Positions 41,293 to 54,472 are shown, counted from the first letter of the stretch. The stretch is DNA of 64,000 nucleotides from Aplysia californica (GCF_000002075.1 NW_004797365.1:1145358-1209357); one strand, 5' to 3'. Notes: generated by a model not told the origin, from the sequence alone. Program-made: numbers and translations.

Positions 41293-41506
41293 TTAAGATG
41301 CTGTCTAGATAAGAGTAAAACACTTTTCATTTTTTAAAAGTAAAAATCAAAGAATTTCTAGTTTTCTTACCTATTTTTTTGGGAGCCACTCACTTCAATA
41401 CCGTTACAAGCTGACACATACATTTTAATACAAGTTTTGGAACAAATACAGTAAATTGCAAGGCAAGTGTACTCATCTGTTGGAAACAAGGTTTTAAACT
41501 ACTCAC

Positions 41507-41628
41507 TTCTGGATTTCCTCCTCTATGGTTGTTATCTTCTGCTGTGATGGATCCATCACCCTGCCAGTTGCACTTCCAAAGTCACACAAAACATAATTGC
41601 CTCCTTCACCACATAAAATATTCTCAAT
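41507..41628 (-). CDS. AAK1: AAK1-like exon 5 (IENILCGEGGNYVLCDFGSATGRVMDPSQQKITTIEEEIQK)
   Basis: CDFGSAT and the NAK-specific activation-segment helix; CAG/GTGAGT; 122 nt. Confidence 0.96.
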
Positions 41629-42083
41629 CTGTGGAACAAAGCGCATTTTAGCAAAGTAAAATGAAAATGCACACTGTCAAAACCAAATGACCATGGAAAA
41701 ACCAGAACAGGAGAAAATAAAGAAGCCAGAGACAATCTTTTACAGCAAAAATGTGACAGGCAAGCAAACAAACACTTTGAATTCTTGTTCTAATTTTGGT
41801 CAGCTCATTTGAAGGATGGGTCAATAAATTTCAGGCAAGCACAAAACAGAATATGCTTCTTAGCCCTACTCTTCTGTAATTTAAAAGAAAAACAATCTCC
41901 CTCAATTAAAGGACCAAAAAGCTCAAAACAAATCATCTCATACCTTCAAAAGCTGAGCAGTGATAAGTAAAAACTTCCCCATGACTGAAACAACCAACAT
42001 TGCCAGGTAGTCAGATAAAAACCCAGTACACAAAGTCTGTTGAGCTAAAGGGCAATCCTTTCCACAGAGAAAGAAGTGCATTT

Positions 42084-42600
42084 GTGTCACGGCACAGTGA
42101 AATCAGGCTCTCGTCAATTTTTCGGCATATGGAGTTATATGTATTAGCTTAAAGCTTGTTCCTTTGTCTTGATTTTGATAAAAGAACTTTCTATATATAT
42201 CTTCAATTGAAGTAAAAATATTTTGGATTGAAGGAGGTGGGGGTCACCTGGTTTCAAAGGTAAAACTATCGAGAAAATGGCCGTCAAAGTCTGGTTACTT
42301 CCAAAGCTTGAGAGTCCATAAAAACTACAAATTTACATTTTATGTAGCTTTAAGCAACGCTTTTTAGTAAAATCCACATTGAAATGTGTTTTTAACACTT
42401 TTCCGCCTCATCTGGCCAATTGGCGATGTTTACCACTCAGTTTCCTTGGATTTTCCACAAAATATGATGGCAAAGCGTTAAAAGGAATTAAAAACAAAAT
42501 TCAATAAATATTGCCAAGCCAGCAGAAAAATGCCAGTTTCTTCAATTTCATGATTTTCAAGTAAAGTAGACGAGCACTTGATTTCACCACGCTACCTCAC
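42084..42600. mobile_element. MITE family with TGTG..GTGAAATCA(A/G)G termini; related pieces at about 32085-32370 and 63749 to the window end
   Basis: Imperfect TIRs; shared internal blocks across three loci. Confidence 0.55.
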
Positions 42601-43066
42601 ATATAATAGTAATTTACCTTGCTGATGTCCCTCTCCTCTACATTAAAATACACAAGTCTTAACTCGTACACAGACTTGTCATTAGAAATCAGCCCTCATT
42701 TTACATAATTTCGCACATACACAATAAGTGCATATAGAAAATAAATTTGTATTCTGGCAGAACTTGTTTTTTAAATCATGAGAGAACCAAAATCTCAAAG
42801 CCATTATTTACCCAGAACAGCAACAGCCTGACAACTTCACTAACAAAGCAGTAACAGTGGCACCCTCTCAAAAAGACCTATTATCAATTTCAACTATCAC
42901 AAGCAAAAATATGACATTCATTGAGAAGATCAGTTCAAATACGTTCTTCACAAAGAAGGAAATTATTGGAAAAAAAATGATAATGAAAACATTTTTAAAA
43001 ATTTCTTCTAATATTAAATAATAGAAAATAGAAAAACACATGCCAAACCATGCGTAAATTACACTA

Positions 43067-43249
<183 letters not shown>

Positions 43250-43860
43250 TTACAGTGTTCAGTAAAGAAAACAAAAGGACAGAAATCATTTGGACAAGCA
43301 CATTAATCTGAATAACAGCTAAAGGACCAATGCAGAAAAGAAACACAATGAGTTCTAACTGCAAGGAGACAGATAAGAAGGGAGGAATGTCTATTTAATT
43401 TTCAGCTTCACATATATGTACAAAACTTGCTACTTGCAGACCTTCATTTCACTCTTGACACCATTAAAACAATTTATGTATCTCACATTTTATTTAAACA
43501 CTTCGTGCTCATTACATGCTCATTCAAAAGAAACTGCAGCTCACAATATTTAAAAAGCATTTAAAACATACTTCTTTTCTGCACACTGATACGATATAAG
43601 ATGGTTTCTCTTGGGGTCATAATAATGTAATGCACGCATCAAACTCAAACAGGCAGAAAATAAAGCTATTTGTTTTCAATAGCAGCACTCGGTTGATGGC
43701 CTGTCATTGAAAACTAATATTGCTATCACTGAAACGTAGAAGGGCATTCACCACCACAAAGTAAATTATTGTAAATGTGACACTTTCATTACAGCTGTCA
43801 TTTCTATTACCAGTAGAAATGAGTGGTAGCGGCATTATAATTCAGGAAAGGCAGCTATCA

Positions 43861-44040
<180 letters not shown>

Positions 44041-44318
44041 TCAACGCAAAATAAAAGACAAATAATAGTCTCAATTTGTACACATATAAAAGAGAAGTAC
44101 TGAAGTCAACAACTAATGATCTAAAGTACAAAACACAGTTAAGTCATACACAGACATACACAGAAAATAACATTTTCTGGATCTACACATACACCTGTTT
44201 TTTTTAAACAACTGTGAACTTTGAACTTTGAATGCCTTAATCAAAACACCGTTCACACAACAACTAGATGCATATATATATATATAAAACACATCGAATC
44301 TTTCACAGGTGCAAGCTA

Positions 44319-44678
<360 letters not shown>

Positions 44679-45538
44679 TTATTAAAACAAAAAAAGCACC
44701 ATGCATGCTGAAATCTAAGTACAATGGTACAGAAGAAAAGAATTTATAACTGCCATTCATCAAAAGAATCTGGGTAAAAAAATTAAGCCCCTCCAATTTA
44801 CAGAAACAGGTAAATGCACACATGAAACTTGTAATCAGCCCTGTGAAAAGTATCAAAGAAAAAGATATAGAGCATTAGAATTTGATTTAAAGAACAAAGA
44901 ATTCTCCTGAAAAAAAAAATTCCATTTTGCTGTCTGTAGGACGAGGCATGTGTTACATTAGACATTATTTTAAAGGAGTGATGTAACTTGTGTACACAAA
45001 GAATCCGAAAAAAAAAAGAACTGTCATATATATTATAAAAGAAAAGAACTGTCATATAAAAGAAAAAAAACAACACTTTTTAAGAGACAAAATATTCTAT
45101 CTATGCCAGTGAACAGCTCCATAACATTGCGTTTGGATTGCAAAGAATGCTTTTTCAAAAGGATAACTATAAGGTAAACTATTTCGGTGGCAGGCAGTCT
45201 TTGTTTTAATGTTGTCCTGCAGAAGATTAGGCTGCAAAATATGTCGTACATTCTAATGTATGTAAAGCCACGAACATTCAGTTCCCTGGGATAGGCAATC
45301 ACATACATAAACAAATACTGTGAAGCATTCTGGCAACAGAACCACAATGGGAATGTGATCTCCCGAAGCTAAGAGCAGGACAAGAGAGTTAGCTTTCATT
45401 GTCATATAATTAGTCCATGCAGAGATTTTTTAAATGATACATGATATAAAAAGATCTTTTTATGAGTGGCAGGTCCACAGAGCAAAGTCCGCAAACTATC
45501 AAGAGCTGCACATTTCAGAATTGCCTTTAGGTTGATAC

Positions 45539-46125
45539 TAGGGCTGGGTCACGAGCGCGAGAACGGAACTGAATCACCACTCTTTCCTGCAGAACGCGAT
45601 TCACGATTCACTTCAGTGGAATGCGGAACAGTATCGCCAAATGATTCCCGATTCACTCCCCTGTCGCTGTCACCACCTTGTGGCTTGTTTTAACCTACTG
45701 CTGAGTTGAGTCACGAGCGCAAGAACGAAACACTTAGTATGGCTCCCCTTATTTTACAAAAGATGGTATAGTCCAACCCCCCTATTAAAACAAAATGAAC
45801 GGGGTCCAACCAATAGACAGAAGGAATTTTATGGAGCCATTGTTTTAGCGAATGGTGGGGTTGGGGTGGGGTTGGGGGGGTGAATTTATGGGGGTCACTA
45901 ATTGAGGTCAGTAGATAGAGCATCGCAACAAAGGGTGTGGGGCGGAGAGGATGGCGGAACAACAAGAGTGGGACTCGCGCTCGCCAAGAGGCGTAGATAT
46001 AACACTGTTCCGTTTCAGTCAGTGTTCCGCCACAGCTCCATGAGCGCTCGCGTACTCGCGATTCATTGAAGCCGACTGAATCGCGAATTGCCACTCTCAA
46101 ATTTGACGAGAAGGATCCAGCCCTA
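45539..46125. mobile_element. Non-autonomous hAT-like element, 8-bp TSD GTTGA(T/A)AC
   Basis: TIR TAGGGCTGGGTC / GATCCAGCCCTA; TSD at 45531-45538 and 46126-46133. Confidence 0.85.
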
Positions 46126-47515
46126 GTTGAAACCTCATAGAATTTCCCAGAAAAAAGGCTTCAGGGAACTTTGGAGTTGACCAGCTAAAGAAGTAAACGC
46201 TTGACTTCCAGAACAAACACGACTCCTGCATCCACAAACACTTTCTAAACTATAGTCACACTTTTCCATTCTTATAACCATTTAATAAGTGTTCAACCTG
46301 AGATTTCACAGCCTACTGCCAAAACAATGGGGGGGGGGGGGGGGGGAATTTCCTTTACTTACTTTTAGCTTTCGGGTACATGATAATGAGATTAGATTCT
46401 AGACAAGAGTGATCATGAAGACTAACTGGGTGAAAGGCTGGGGATTGAGCTCTTGATGTAATATACACACGGAAATAGAGAGCAGAGTGCAAGGAGAAGG
46501 CAGATTCAACATCCTTCATAAAAATTTCAGTCTGGTATCCTCGGTAAGCAAATTCTTACTCACCCAAGAAAACCCCTTCTTCTAATTTTAAAAGCACCAA
46601 AGACATGTGTGGTGTTTGTGCAGGGGGAGAGGGTGTGGTGAAATGCTGTTTTCAAAAGCGAACTAAGAATTCAAAAATTAATGAGTACCAGGTAGATTCC
46701 ACAGACATTAATTAGAAAAAATCATTATTTTCGGCAGGGGGATAGGAGGATCAAATCTTGTGGCAAATATTTAAGAGATGGGCTGATGATGCTCCTTGTC
46801 AAGAGCAGTTTAAGACCTAGAAGCACTTGTCTTCGAAAAATGTATTAATTAAAGACAATTTGAAGAAAAAACAATGTCATTATAATTTAAATCGAGCAGT
46901 CATCCTCTCTATTAGTATTTCCCTGTCTTTCTCTGTCTCTCTCCCCTTTTTTCCAGCCTCTGTCTCTCTGTCTCTGTCTCTTTCTCTCTGTACCGCTCGC
47001 CTTCTCTTTCTTTTTGTTTGTCTGTCTTTCTTTCTCCCCCACCTACTTTCCCACTCATCTTTCACTTTTCCCTCCTGTCAACTGGGGCATGTGATATTAT
47101 CTAGCACTTCCCCCTGTTCTGTACCACCTCCCCTCTCTCTCTCTCTCTCTCTCTCCCTCTCCCTCTCTCTCTAAGATTAGAGATTTTACAGGAGAGTAAC
47201 TGAGTAACAAATACAAAAAAGGGCCCCCCCCAAAAAGAGAGGTATCATGAAAAAAAGTCAACAGATAGGAAGAATGAAAGAGGGAGCAAACCACACAAGA
47301 GCACCTCTGCCAAACACCCACCTAAATTTACCAAATCTAACAGTGAAGACTGTTTTATACCTAACCCTAACTAATCATAAAATTTTTTTGATTAATCACC
47401 ACTGTCTCAGAAAAGTCTAAAAAGATGCATAGACAGCCAAGATATCTCACCAAGTTTTATTAATAAGGACAATTTTTTTCTCATTACAACACAGACAAAG
47501 AAGCCTCCTTTTTAA

Positions 47516-48782
47516 CCCTAGAAGCGCTCAGCGTTTCACCGGAAGTAACCTGCCACAAAAATTGCCCCGCCGCCAAGGCTGATCGGTTGTAAACATGGGT
47601 GTTTGGCGGGGGGATATGCTGAGATACCTGCTCCTGAAAAATGACCATTAACAGCTCAACAGATGAAAAAAGGAATATAAAACCTTATCTTACGGGAGGA
47701 GCTACCCTGGAGGACTATTTTCTATGTTTGTTGCCCAAGATCAAATCTAAAGTACCTACACATATAAGTTAGGCATAGTAAAATCTCATGATATGCAATT
47801 TTATTTTGGCATAGATACAGCAGTTGCTATGGAAATGGCCGCAATCTTGAAAATAAACAATGAATTTCAAATTCCTAAGGCTTTCTTATTTACAGACCAA
47901 ATTCAGACCCTATCGGAGTAACAGCAAGTTTTTTTCAATATTTGCAAAAAAGAAAAAAAAAGTATGAGAATTTTCCCAAAGTATAAAATTTAGGTTGCGT
48001 AATCGCTTGCCAATGGATAAGTGTTATTGTTTTCACAAATATCTCTCTGTTACATTTCTGGCAGCCTTTCCATTCCAGAAAGTTTCATGTCAAAAGGGCA
48101 AAAACTAAGGAAGGAAAAAAAGGAAAAAACTGCAACAAAATTACATTTTGCAAAAGACGACAATTATTGTGAAATATCACTCTATATTAACTCATCCTCA
48201 TGTTTTCAAAGGCAATTTACGAATAGACTTTCTCAATTGTATCCATGCTATATTTTGACAAAAAAAACAGGTTGATCTTCAAAAATCAGCCAATGTAAAA
48301 TTTGCATAGCCTGACCCAAAATCTGCAAAATCAAGGGTCGCTCCTCCCCTTAAAGCTGATAGAATGAGCCATTCAAAAAAGTGATCAAATAAATACGTCT
48401 CATGGAATTCAAAACAACTCGCAAAACGCTAATATTAACTCAACAATAACAATAGTACATTAGCACAGCGGAACAAGTGATAGCGCATAGCGTGTTATCG
48501 CTCAGCTGGACCGCGTCACTTTATTCATTGATATCTTGGCAATGAGACGCTCTACGAGGTCATCAAGATAACTTGCAAAGTCATTGGTCACTATTTATAA
48601 CGTTGACCTGTAATTTACAACATCATTTTCCAAGGAATACTGAAATTTTCCATTTAAAAAGGTCGGCGTCTATGCCCTTTATATAGGGCCTGCATGCTTC
48701 CCGGTCGAAGTAGGTCAGCCCTCCTGCACCATTCCAAGGTAGCCCGGCTGACACCCTTATTAAGGCCTGCCCGCTTCCAAGG
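47516..48782. mobile_element. piggyBac-like non-autonomous element with nested insertion
   Basis: TTAA-CCCTAGAAGCG ... CGCTTCCAAGG-TTTA; homologous in inverted orientation to 40778-41292. Confidence 0.65.
47693..48349. mobile_element. Nested TTAA-site element with TIR GGGAGGAGC(T/G)ACCCT (Kolobok-like)
   Basis: TIRs at both ends; the related 40.8-41.3 kb copy lacks this segment at the corresponding CTTTAAG site. Confidence 0.65.
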
Positions 48783-48983
48783 TTTACTTACTTACGTAAG
48801 CTACTGATTGACCTGGCCAGTGGAATGAACTACAAATTGATATTACTTTTTATTAGATTTAAAAAATGGCAAATAACACCTAACCAGTGTAGGGCAGAAG
48901 TTAGTTTTGTAACTTAGTTGGGACTTAGTCTACTACAGTCTACAGACTACAGTAGCGTAGCAAATAACATGCTATGACAATAT

Positions 48984-49697
48984 TGACAAGGAAGTGGCTA
49001 TTCTCACCCCGGGAAAGAATAAAAATACGATCGACCTCTCACCCTGGGTGAGACTGCCAGCATTGGTCTCACCTGGTGTTAAACAATACCTGCTTTTAAT
49101 TTCCTAATTTCTGAATACTTGTGGATGATCAAATTTACAAAAACAAAGAAAAAAATGATGTTACAGTACAAAATTTAAGTTAAACTAGAAATTGGTCATC
49201 TACAAAGATGCTATGGCTTTTTCACTTTTTTCGAAATGAGCCGAACTACGCGGGTCGCCATTTTGTTTTGCTCGGAAGTTCTTACTAGATCTACTCCTTC
49301 TCTCACTTCTCTCTTTCTGAACACTGTCTAGATTATACTAGATATCTAGATATCAGTGTGGACGATCAAATTGACAAAAACAATGAAAAAAAAATGATAT
49401 CATAGCACAAAAGTAAATTAATTTGGTCATCTACAAAGATGCTGAACAGCTATTTCACTTTTTGAACCGAGCCGAACTACACCGGCCGCCATTTTGTTTT
49501 GCCCGGAAGTTTTTGCGCTACTCCTCTCTCTCTCTCCCCCCCCCCCCATCTCTCTCTCTCTGCTCTCTCTTTCTCTCTCACTGCCCACAGACAAAATTAC
49601 ATGCTTTCAACACAAAAGTGCTGGAACCTTCGTTCTCGGTGAACGCTACACTGGTTGGCCTATCACGGTGAATGCGCACCGGATGAGAATAGCCAAA
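48984..49697. mobile_element. Helentron/HINE-like element with two internal repeats of about 235 bp
   Basis: GACAAG start; subterminal inverted repeat GGCTATTCTCA / TGAGAATAGCC; short CGGTG..CACCG hairpin; CT microsatellite; duplicated core at about 49120-49320 and 49357-49530. Confidence 0.55.
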
Positions 49698-50160
49698 AGG
49701 CTCGCCTGCACTATTCTCACCCAGGGTGAGAATAGAGAGGTGGCCTCACCTATTATTCATTGACAAGCCTGGTTAGATCTACACTTTCACAAGAAGCTCT
49801 TCTGAATCAATGACCAAGATTGCTGTGGAATAATAACCATACTGTACTACTAAGTAACTATTTCTGTTCTGATTCCTGAGTGTGGTACTGAGTCTTGGAT
49901 CTTGCACACATCTGTCGTGTGTCCTATCCTAAACTTAACAACTAGAGAATTTTACTCTAAATACAGATCTACCACCAGTTGATCGAGAATTTGTTTGACA
50001 AATACATTATTCTTAGAATGAGTATCTTTATAAAAATGTGTTGTGAAGCCAAAACATTCAAATAACCAGAAGAAAATATGTATCGAGACCAAGACATAAA
50101 CAAAGGTAACGCCCACCTTCAGTTGTCCCCTCTTCCAAAATTGCTCTCAGAGCCACTCAC

Positions 50161-50260
50161 CTTCTGCAATTACTTCATCAACAACAACAGAAAAGCGGCC
50201 GATTTGAAAAGTCTTCCCAATGTGAGGACTTTGTTGATTTGAACTAAATAACTTTTTCAT
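50161..50260 (-). CDS. AAK1: AAK1/BMP2K-like exon 1 (MKKLFSSNQQSPHIGKTFQIGRFSVVVDEVIAEG)
   Basis: ATG at 50260; MKKxF start and V.V.EV.AEG typical of AAK1; donor G|GTGAGT; 100 nt. Confidence 0.93.
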
Positions 50261-50706
50261 TTTGCAATGCGTTGACCATCCGGTCTAAAAGTCAAAATCT
50301 ATCCATTTTTGTGAAGCAGTATTACTCATTGTCGGTACAATTCTACAGTAAGAAAGTGTCCACTTCCTGTTTAGGTTATGACCACTTCCGCTATCAATCA
50401 AATGTGAATACAGAAAGTTTCGCATTCAACTTAAATACTTTAAAATTTTGTGCTTTGAATGACTTCAAAGTGAATCTTATGCTTGGTTCCCATTTTGAAC
50501 TTATTTTAATCAAAACTGGAGATTCTATAAGCAAAGCTCATTCTCTCTATCTCTGCAACAGGGAAAAAGCGGAAGAGAGACCTGGAGAGACACAATTTAC
50601 TAAAATTTTGGACGAAAATTTTGCCAACCAAACAAAACGGAACAGGAAAAGAAGAAAACGAAAGTTCCAAATTTCGTGCCGAATCCGACCGAAGGATTCT
50701 GACAAA
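50261..50706. promoter_or_regulatory. Bidirectional promoter and 5' UTR region between AAK1-like and JMJD8
   Basis: Divergent start codons 446 bp apart; ETS-type ACTTCC(T/G) cores near 50362 and 50384, and CGGAAG at about 50570. Confidence 0.75.
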
Positions 50707-50828
50707 ATGTTGAAAATGCATGTTCGAGACAAGATGTCAACGTTTTCTTGGTTTCTTATTTTGGCTGGAGTGTGTACAACGACCTCCTCCTGTTTGACTG
50801 ACGAGGGATCTTTAGATGATGGGGGATG
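50707..50828 (+). CDS. JMJD8: JMJD8 exon 1 with signal peptide (MLKMHVRDKMSTFSWFLILAGVCTTTSSCLTDEGSLDDGGW); start could be 50707, 50716 or 50734
   Basis: Hydrophobic N-terminal stretch followed by DGGW; donor TG|GTAATT, phase 2, joins exon 2. Confidence 0.8.
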
Positions 50829-50847
50829 GTAATTCCACTTTTCTTAT

Positions 50848-51661
50848 TAGTCTAGATCTAGATTCTAGATTTTTATAGATCTATATTCTATATCTAGATC
50901 ACGACTCACGGCAGTCACGGACCGTTTTAGCAATCCAGATCTAGATTCTAGATCTAGTCTAGATCTACCAGCTGTTGCCTGTCCTCTGTAGTGTAGCTGT
51001 CTGAAGTGAAGGCCTACCAGCCAGCCAGAGTCAGTTCATTGCTTCATTGCCCTTTTTTCTGCAATGGGGCTCCACGGAGTGAAGCTGTGGCAATTGACAC
51101 TGGTGTCAATTGCCATCTAGTGAAGCGGTGTCAAGTCTGAAAACAACACCTTAGATCTAGTAGTATTCTAGTCTGTCTAGTCTAGATCTAGACTCTAGAT
51201 CTATCTTTAGCTTTCTATTATAATGTGTTATGAACACATGAAAAAGCTAGAGTCTAGATCTAGAATCTAGATCTAACCCCCTCTCATAAGTTGAAAGTCA
51301 TAACGAGTAGTTCTTATCACAGCTCAATCCCAGAGTGCAGTCTGATTCTGATCTATTCTATTTAGGCTATTGCTATTGTTAGGGGACCGTACGCCCCAAT
51401 AGCGCTTGGCGCTAGGGGACTGTACGGCCCCATAATGTTTGGCGCTAGGGGACCGTACGTCCTACCTGCGCTGAGGCGTGGTGTTATGGGGCTGTACGCA
51501 GATATGCATGCATCTGGACTTTGCAAAAATACTGGAGGAAAACGGCCAGTTTAACGCCGAAGTGTATACAGACCCGGTAACCTGGAACAAAGTCACGAAG
51601 TATACAGGCCCGGTAGGGGAACTCTTTTGCGATTTCGGAAAGTTTCAGCACCCAGACCCGG

Positions 51662-51718
<57 letters not shown>

Positions 51719-52161
51719 TGAGTGAGTGAGAGAGAGAGAGAGAGAGGAGAGAGCAGAGGGAAGTGCTAGCAAAATGTATGACACAGTTGGCAGGAGGGAA
51801 CGAGAGAAAGATAGAGTGGGAAATACGAGGGGAGAAAGAAAGACAGAGACAAACAAAAAAAAGAGAATGCGAGCGATACACAGAGACAGAAGAAGGAGAG
51901 GGAGAGAGAGAGGGGGGGGGGGGGGGGGTGACTGCTCGATTTAAATTATGACATTGTTCTTTTCTTCAAATTGTGATTCCTCCAACTCCAAAACGGGGGA
52001 AAAACGATCGTTCATCGAAAAGACATCCGCAATCTTCATGATTTAGATTTAGATCTAGATTCTAGGTCTCTAGATTCTAGATCTAGATATAGGCTAGCCT
52101 CGAAACTAGATCAATGATTTATATCTGTCGGTCTAGATCTAGACCTAGGCCATAGATCTAG
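50848..52161. repeat. Clusters of overlapping TCTAGA/AGATCT palindromes (50848-50967, 51152-51274, 52046-52161)
   Basis: Direct reading, for example TAGTCTAGATCTAGATTCTAGA; a smaller cluster at 49284-49353. Confidence 0.9.
51664..51752. repeat. (GT)n-(GA)n compound microsatellite
   Basis: Direct reading. Confidence 0.95.
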
Positions 52162-52291
52162 AAGAACCTAGTTTTACCCTGAGCCAAGAGGGCGCTGGAA
52201 CTCTCCGAAATCACAAAAGAGTTCCCCTACCGGGTCTGTATACATTGTGACTTTGTTCCCGGTTACCGGGTCTGTATACACTCCCGTTTAA

Positions 52292-52385
52292 CGAAGCTCC
52301 TGACGTAAGGAGTTATTACTAGGAGAATGTTTAAAATGTCTGAATACATTCTCCCTAGTAATAACTCCTTACGTCTGGAGCTTCA
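52292..52385. mobile_element. 94-bp hairpin MITE with TTAA TSD, nested in the right arm of the foldback element
   Basis: About 38-bp inverted repeat CGAAGCTCC..ACGTAAGGAGTTATTACTAGG; TTAA on both sides; the left arm shows the empty site GTTAAACTGG. Confidence 0.85.
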
Positions 52386-52543
52386 TTAAACTGGCCGTTT
52401 TCCTCCTGTATTTTTGCAAAGTCCAGATGCATGCAGTATAATATATTCATCTACGTACAGTTCTGTAACACCACGCCTAAGCGCAGGTAGGACGTACGGT
52501 CCCCTAGCGCCAAACACTATGGGGGCGTACGGTCCCCTCCTAG

Positions 52544-53149
52544 TAGGGGCGGGCACGAGACGAGCCGAGTACCCGTTTCTCGCGGGTAACGGCCTTCCCG
52601 TCACTTCCCGGGCACTAAACTACTGCTCAGTACCGAGACATGATATTGCTCGTTGGCTTGACACAACGAGTAACAGTAACGAGAGTGAGAGAGTGAGAGG
52701 CGAGAAATGACAACGCAGACAGTGCCACCCATCACCGTGCCGTCCTGTGTGTGAAACTGAAAGGGAGAGGAGAGGTTGGCGAGACGAGGCGAGTGGGGAG
52801 TTGATCAGGGCCTAGGCCTAGGTCTCCCTACCTTCCTTCACCGCCTGCGCCTGCGCAACAGGGCAAGCCTAGTTTCTAAGTTTAGATCCCCGCCACGATC
52901 GGTCTTCTCGCTAAACGAGCTGCTCGTTCTGTGGGGCGAGAAGAGAAATCTCGGCCACGGCCGGTCTTCTCGCTGAACGGGTGGCTCGAACTGCGGGGCG
53001 AGAAGAGAAATTGGTCACGAGACGAGAAGTATTTCTCGAGACACGAGACGGGAAATATTTCCCGTTCTCGGGACCGGTCCTGGCGAGAAGAAGGTCAGCT
53101 TCTCGGTCTTCTCGCTCGGGAAGGAAAAAGCGCTTCCCGCCCGTCTCTA
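52544..53149. mobile_element. Non-autonomous hAT-like element, 8-bp TSD CCTCCTAG
   Basis: TIR TAGGGGCGGGC / GCCCGTCTCTA; TSD at 52536-52543 and 53150-53157. Confidence 0.85.
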
Positions 53150-53835
53150 CCTCCTAGCGCCAAGTGCTATTGGGGCGTACGGTCCCCTAATATCAGCCTT
53201 CTATTTATAAAGGAAGTGGATATTTATACGGCAGGCCGTCGAAAAATCGGAAGTGATAATTCCACGGCACATAAATTCAGCCAATCAGGACATCCGGACT
53301 ATTTATAATTAAGCCTATTTTCTTTTCCATAAGTAACGCATTATAGATACAATTTAATGATACATGTATTATGTATGTTTAGTTAACAATGTTTGTCCTT
53401 TGCTATCATTTTGTGCATTATGGACAATGATGAAATGTTTTGTGTCACTGTAACGAGAGTGAGAGATGCACAATTTATTTTGTGCAAGCAAAATGGAGAG
53501 AAGACTGGTTTGGGTTTTTTTGCCAACAGTAGGGTGCCCATTTGCGGATGGGATCTGGTCGGGTAGGGATGATCACCCGACTCGTCGCCTGGAAAACAAA
53601 CACAATTCTTGCATTGATACACTTCAAACAGAGCCTATACCGTCGAAATATCAATTCAGATATTTCGACTCAAGACGGCATACCATATAGGTTCACTTCC
53701 GATGTTCAGACAGCACAGCATGCCGTGGAAATATCAACTACGATCTTCAGACGGCATGCCGTGGAAATATCGCTACCCATTTATAAATCATAATGGCCAC
53801 CTGTCCAAGACAATCAGCTGTGTCATTATTCGGAC

Positions 53836-54472
53836 AGTGTCTACGTACATGGTAACCGGGCACCTAGTGTCAGTATCTACGTACACGGTAACCGGGCACC
53901 TAGTCTCACCTTGACTCAGTATCTACGTACATGGTAACCGGGCACCTAGTCTCAGTATCTACGTACACGGTAACCAGAATGAAAATTAATCATATATATA
54001 TTTGTCCTCTGTGCTGTCTCTTGCTGAAAAAAAGAAAGTTCATACAAGTGTCTTGTTGGGCTTGCGATCGTGACTAGTCAGTGAACCTGCGCGAGTGCAT
54101 CACATTGTCATTGTGAGTACCGGTTGGGGTCACAGAAATTCATTTTAAGTCTGTGCGCTGCGAAGTATAATATAGGGCTCCGGAATGGGGGGGATTATTG
54201 ATTTTTTTTTTTTAAAGTAGGCCTACAGTCGGGGGAGGGGTGGGGATGAAGGCAACACTGGATGACAAAACCTGAACTTGGAGTTCTGAACTGCCCTGTT
54301 ACCGTGTACGTGACACAGGGACTACGTGCCTGGTTGCCAGTTACCGTGTACGTAGATGAGGCTACATGCCCGGTTACCGTGTACATGACACTGAGACTAC
54401 GTGCCCGGTTGCCGGTTACTGTGTACGTAGACACTGAGGCTAGGCGCCGGGTTACCGTATACGTAGAGACAC
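53836..54472. mobile_element. MITE with inverted subterminal tandem repeats (TCTACGTACA(C/T)GGTAACCGGGCAC)
   Basis: Four copies forward at 53836-53975; about five copies reverse at 54295-54472. Confidence 0.75.

Larger units (their letters stand above)
51382..53187. mobile_element. Foldback/MITE element with about 270-bp terminal inverted repeats (GGGGACCGTACG...), TA flanks, carrying two nested insertions
   Basis: 51382 to about 51653 is the reverse complement of about 52190-53187 once the nested inserts are removed; microsatellite core. Confidence 0.85.

Noticed and set aside
50272-50706. N-terminal extension of the 186-aa ORF
   Set aside because: Non-ATG start running through the promoter; only the part from 50707 fits JMJD8.
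53836-54472. CRISPR-like spaced repeats
   Set aside because: Eukaryotic intron, repeats inverted at the two ends, spacers not unique, no cas genes. These are MITE subterminal repeats.
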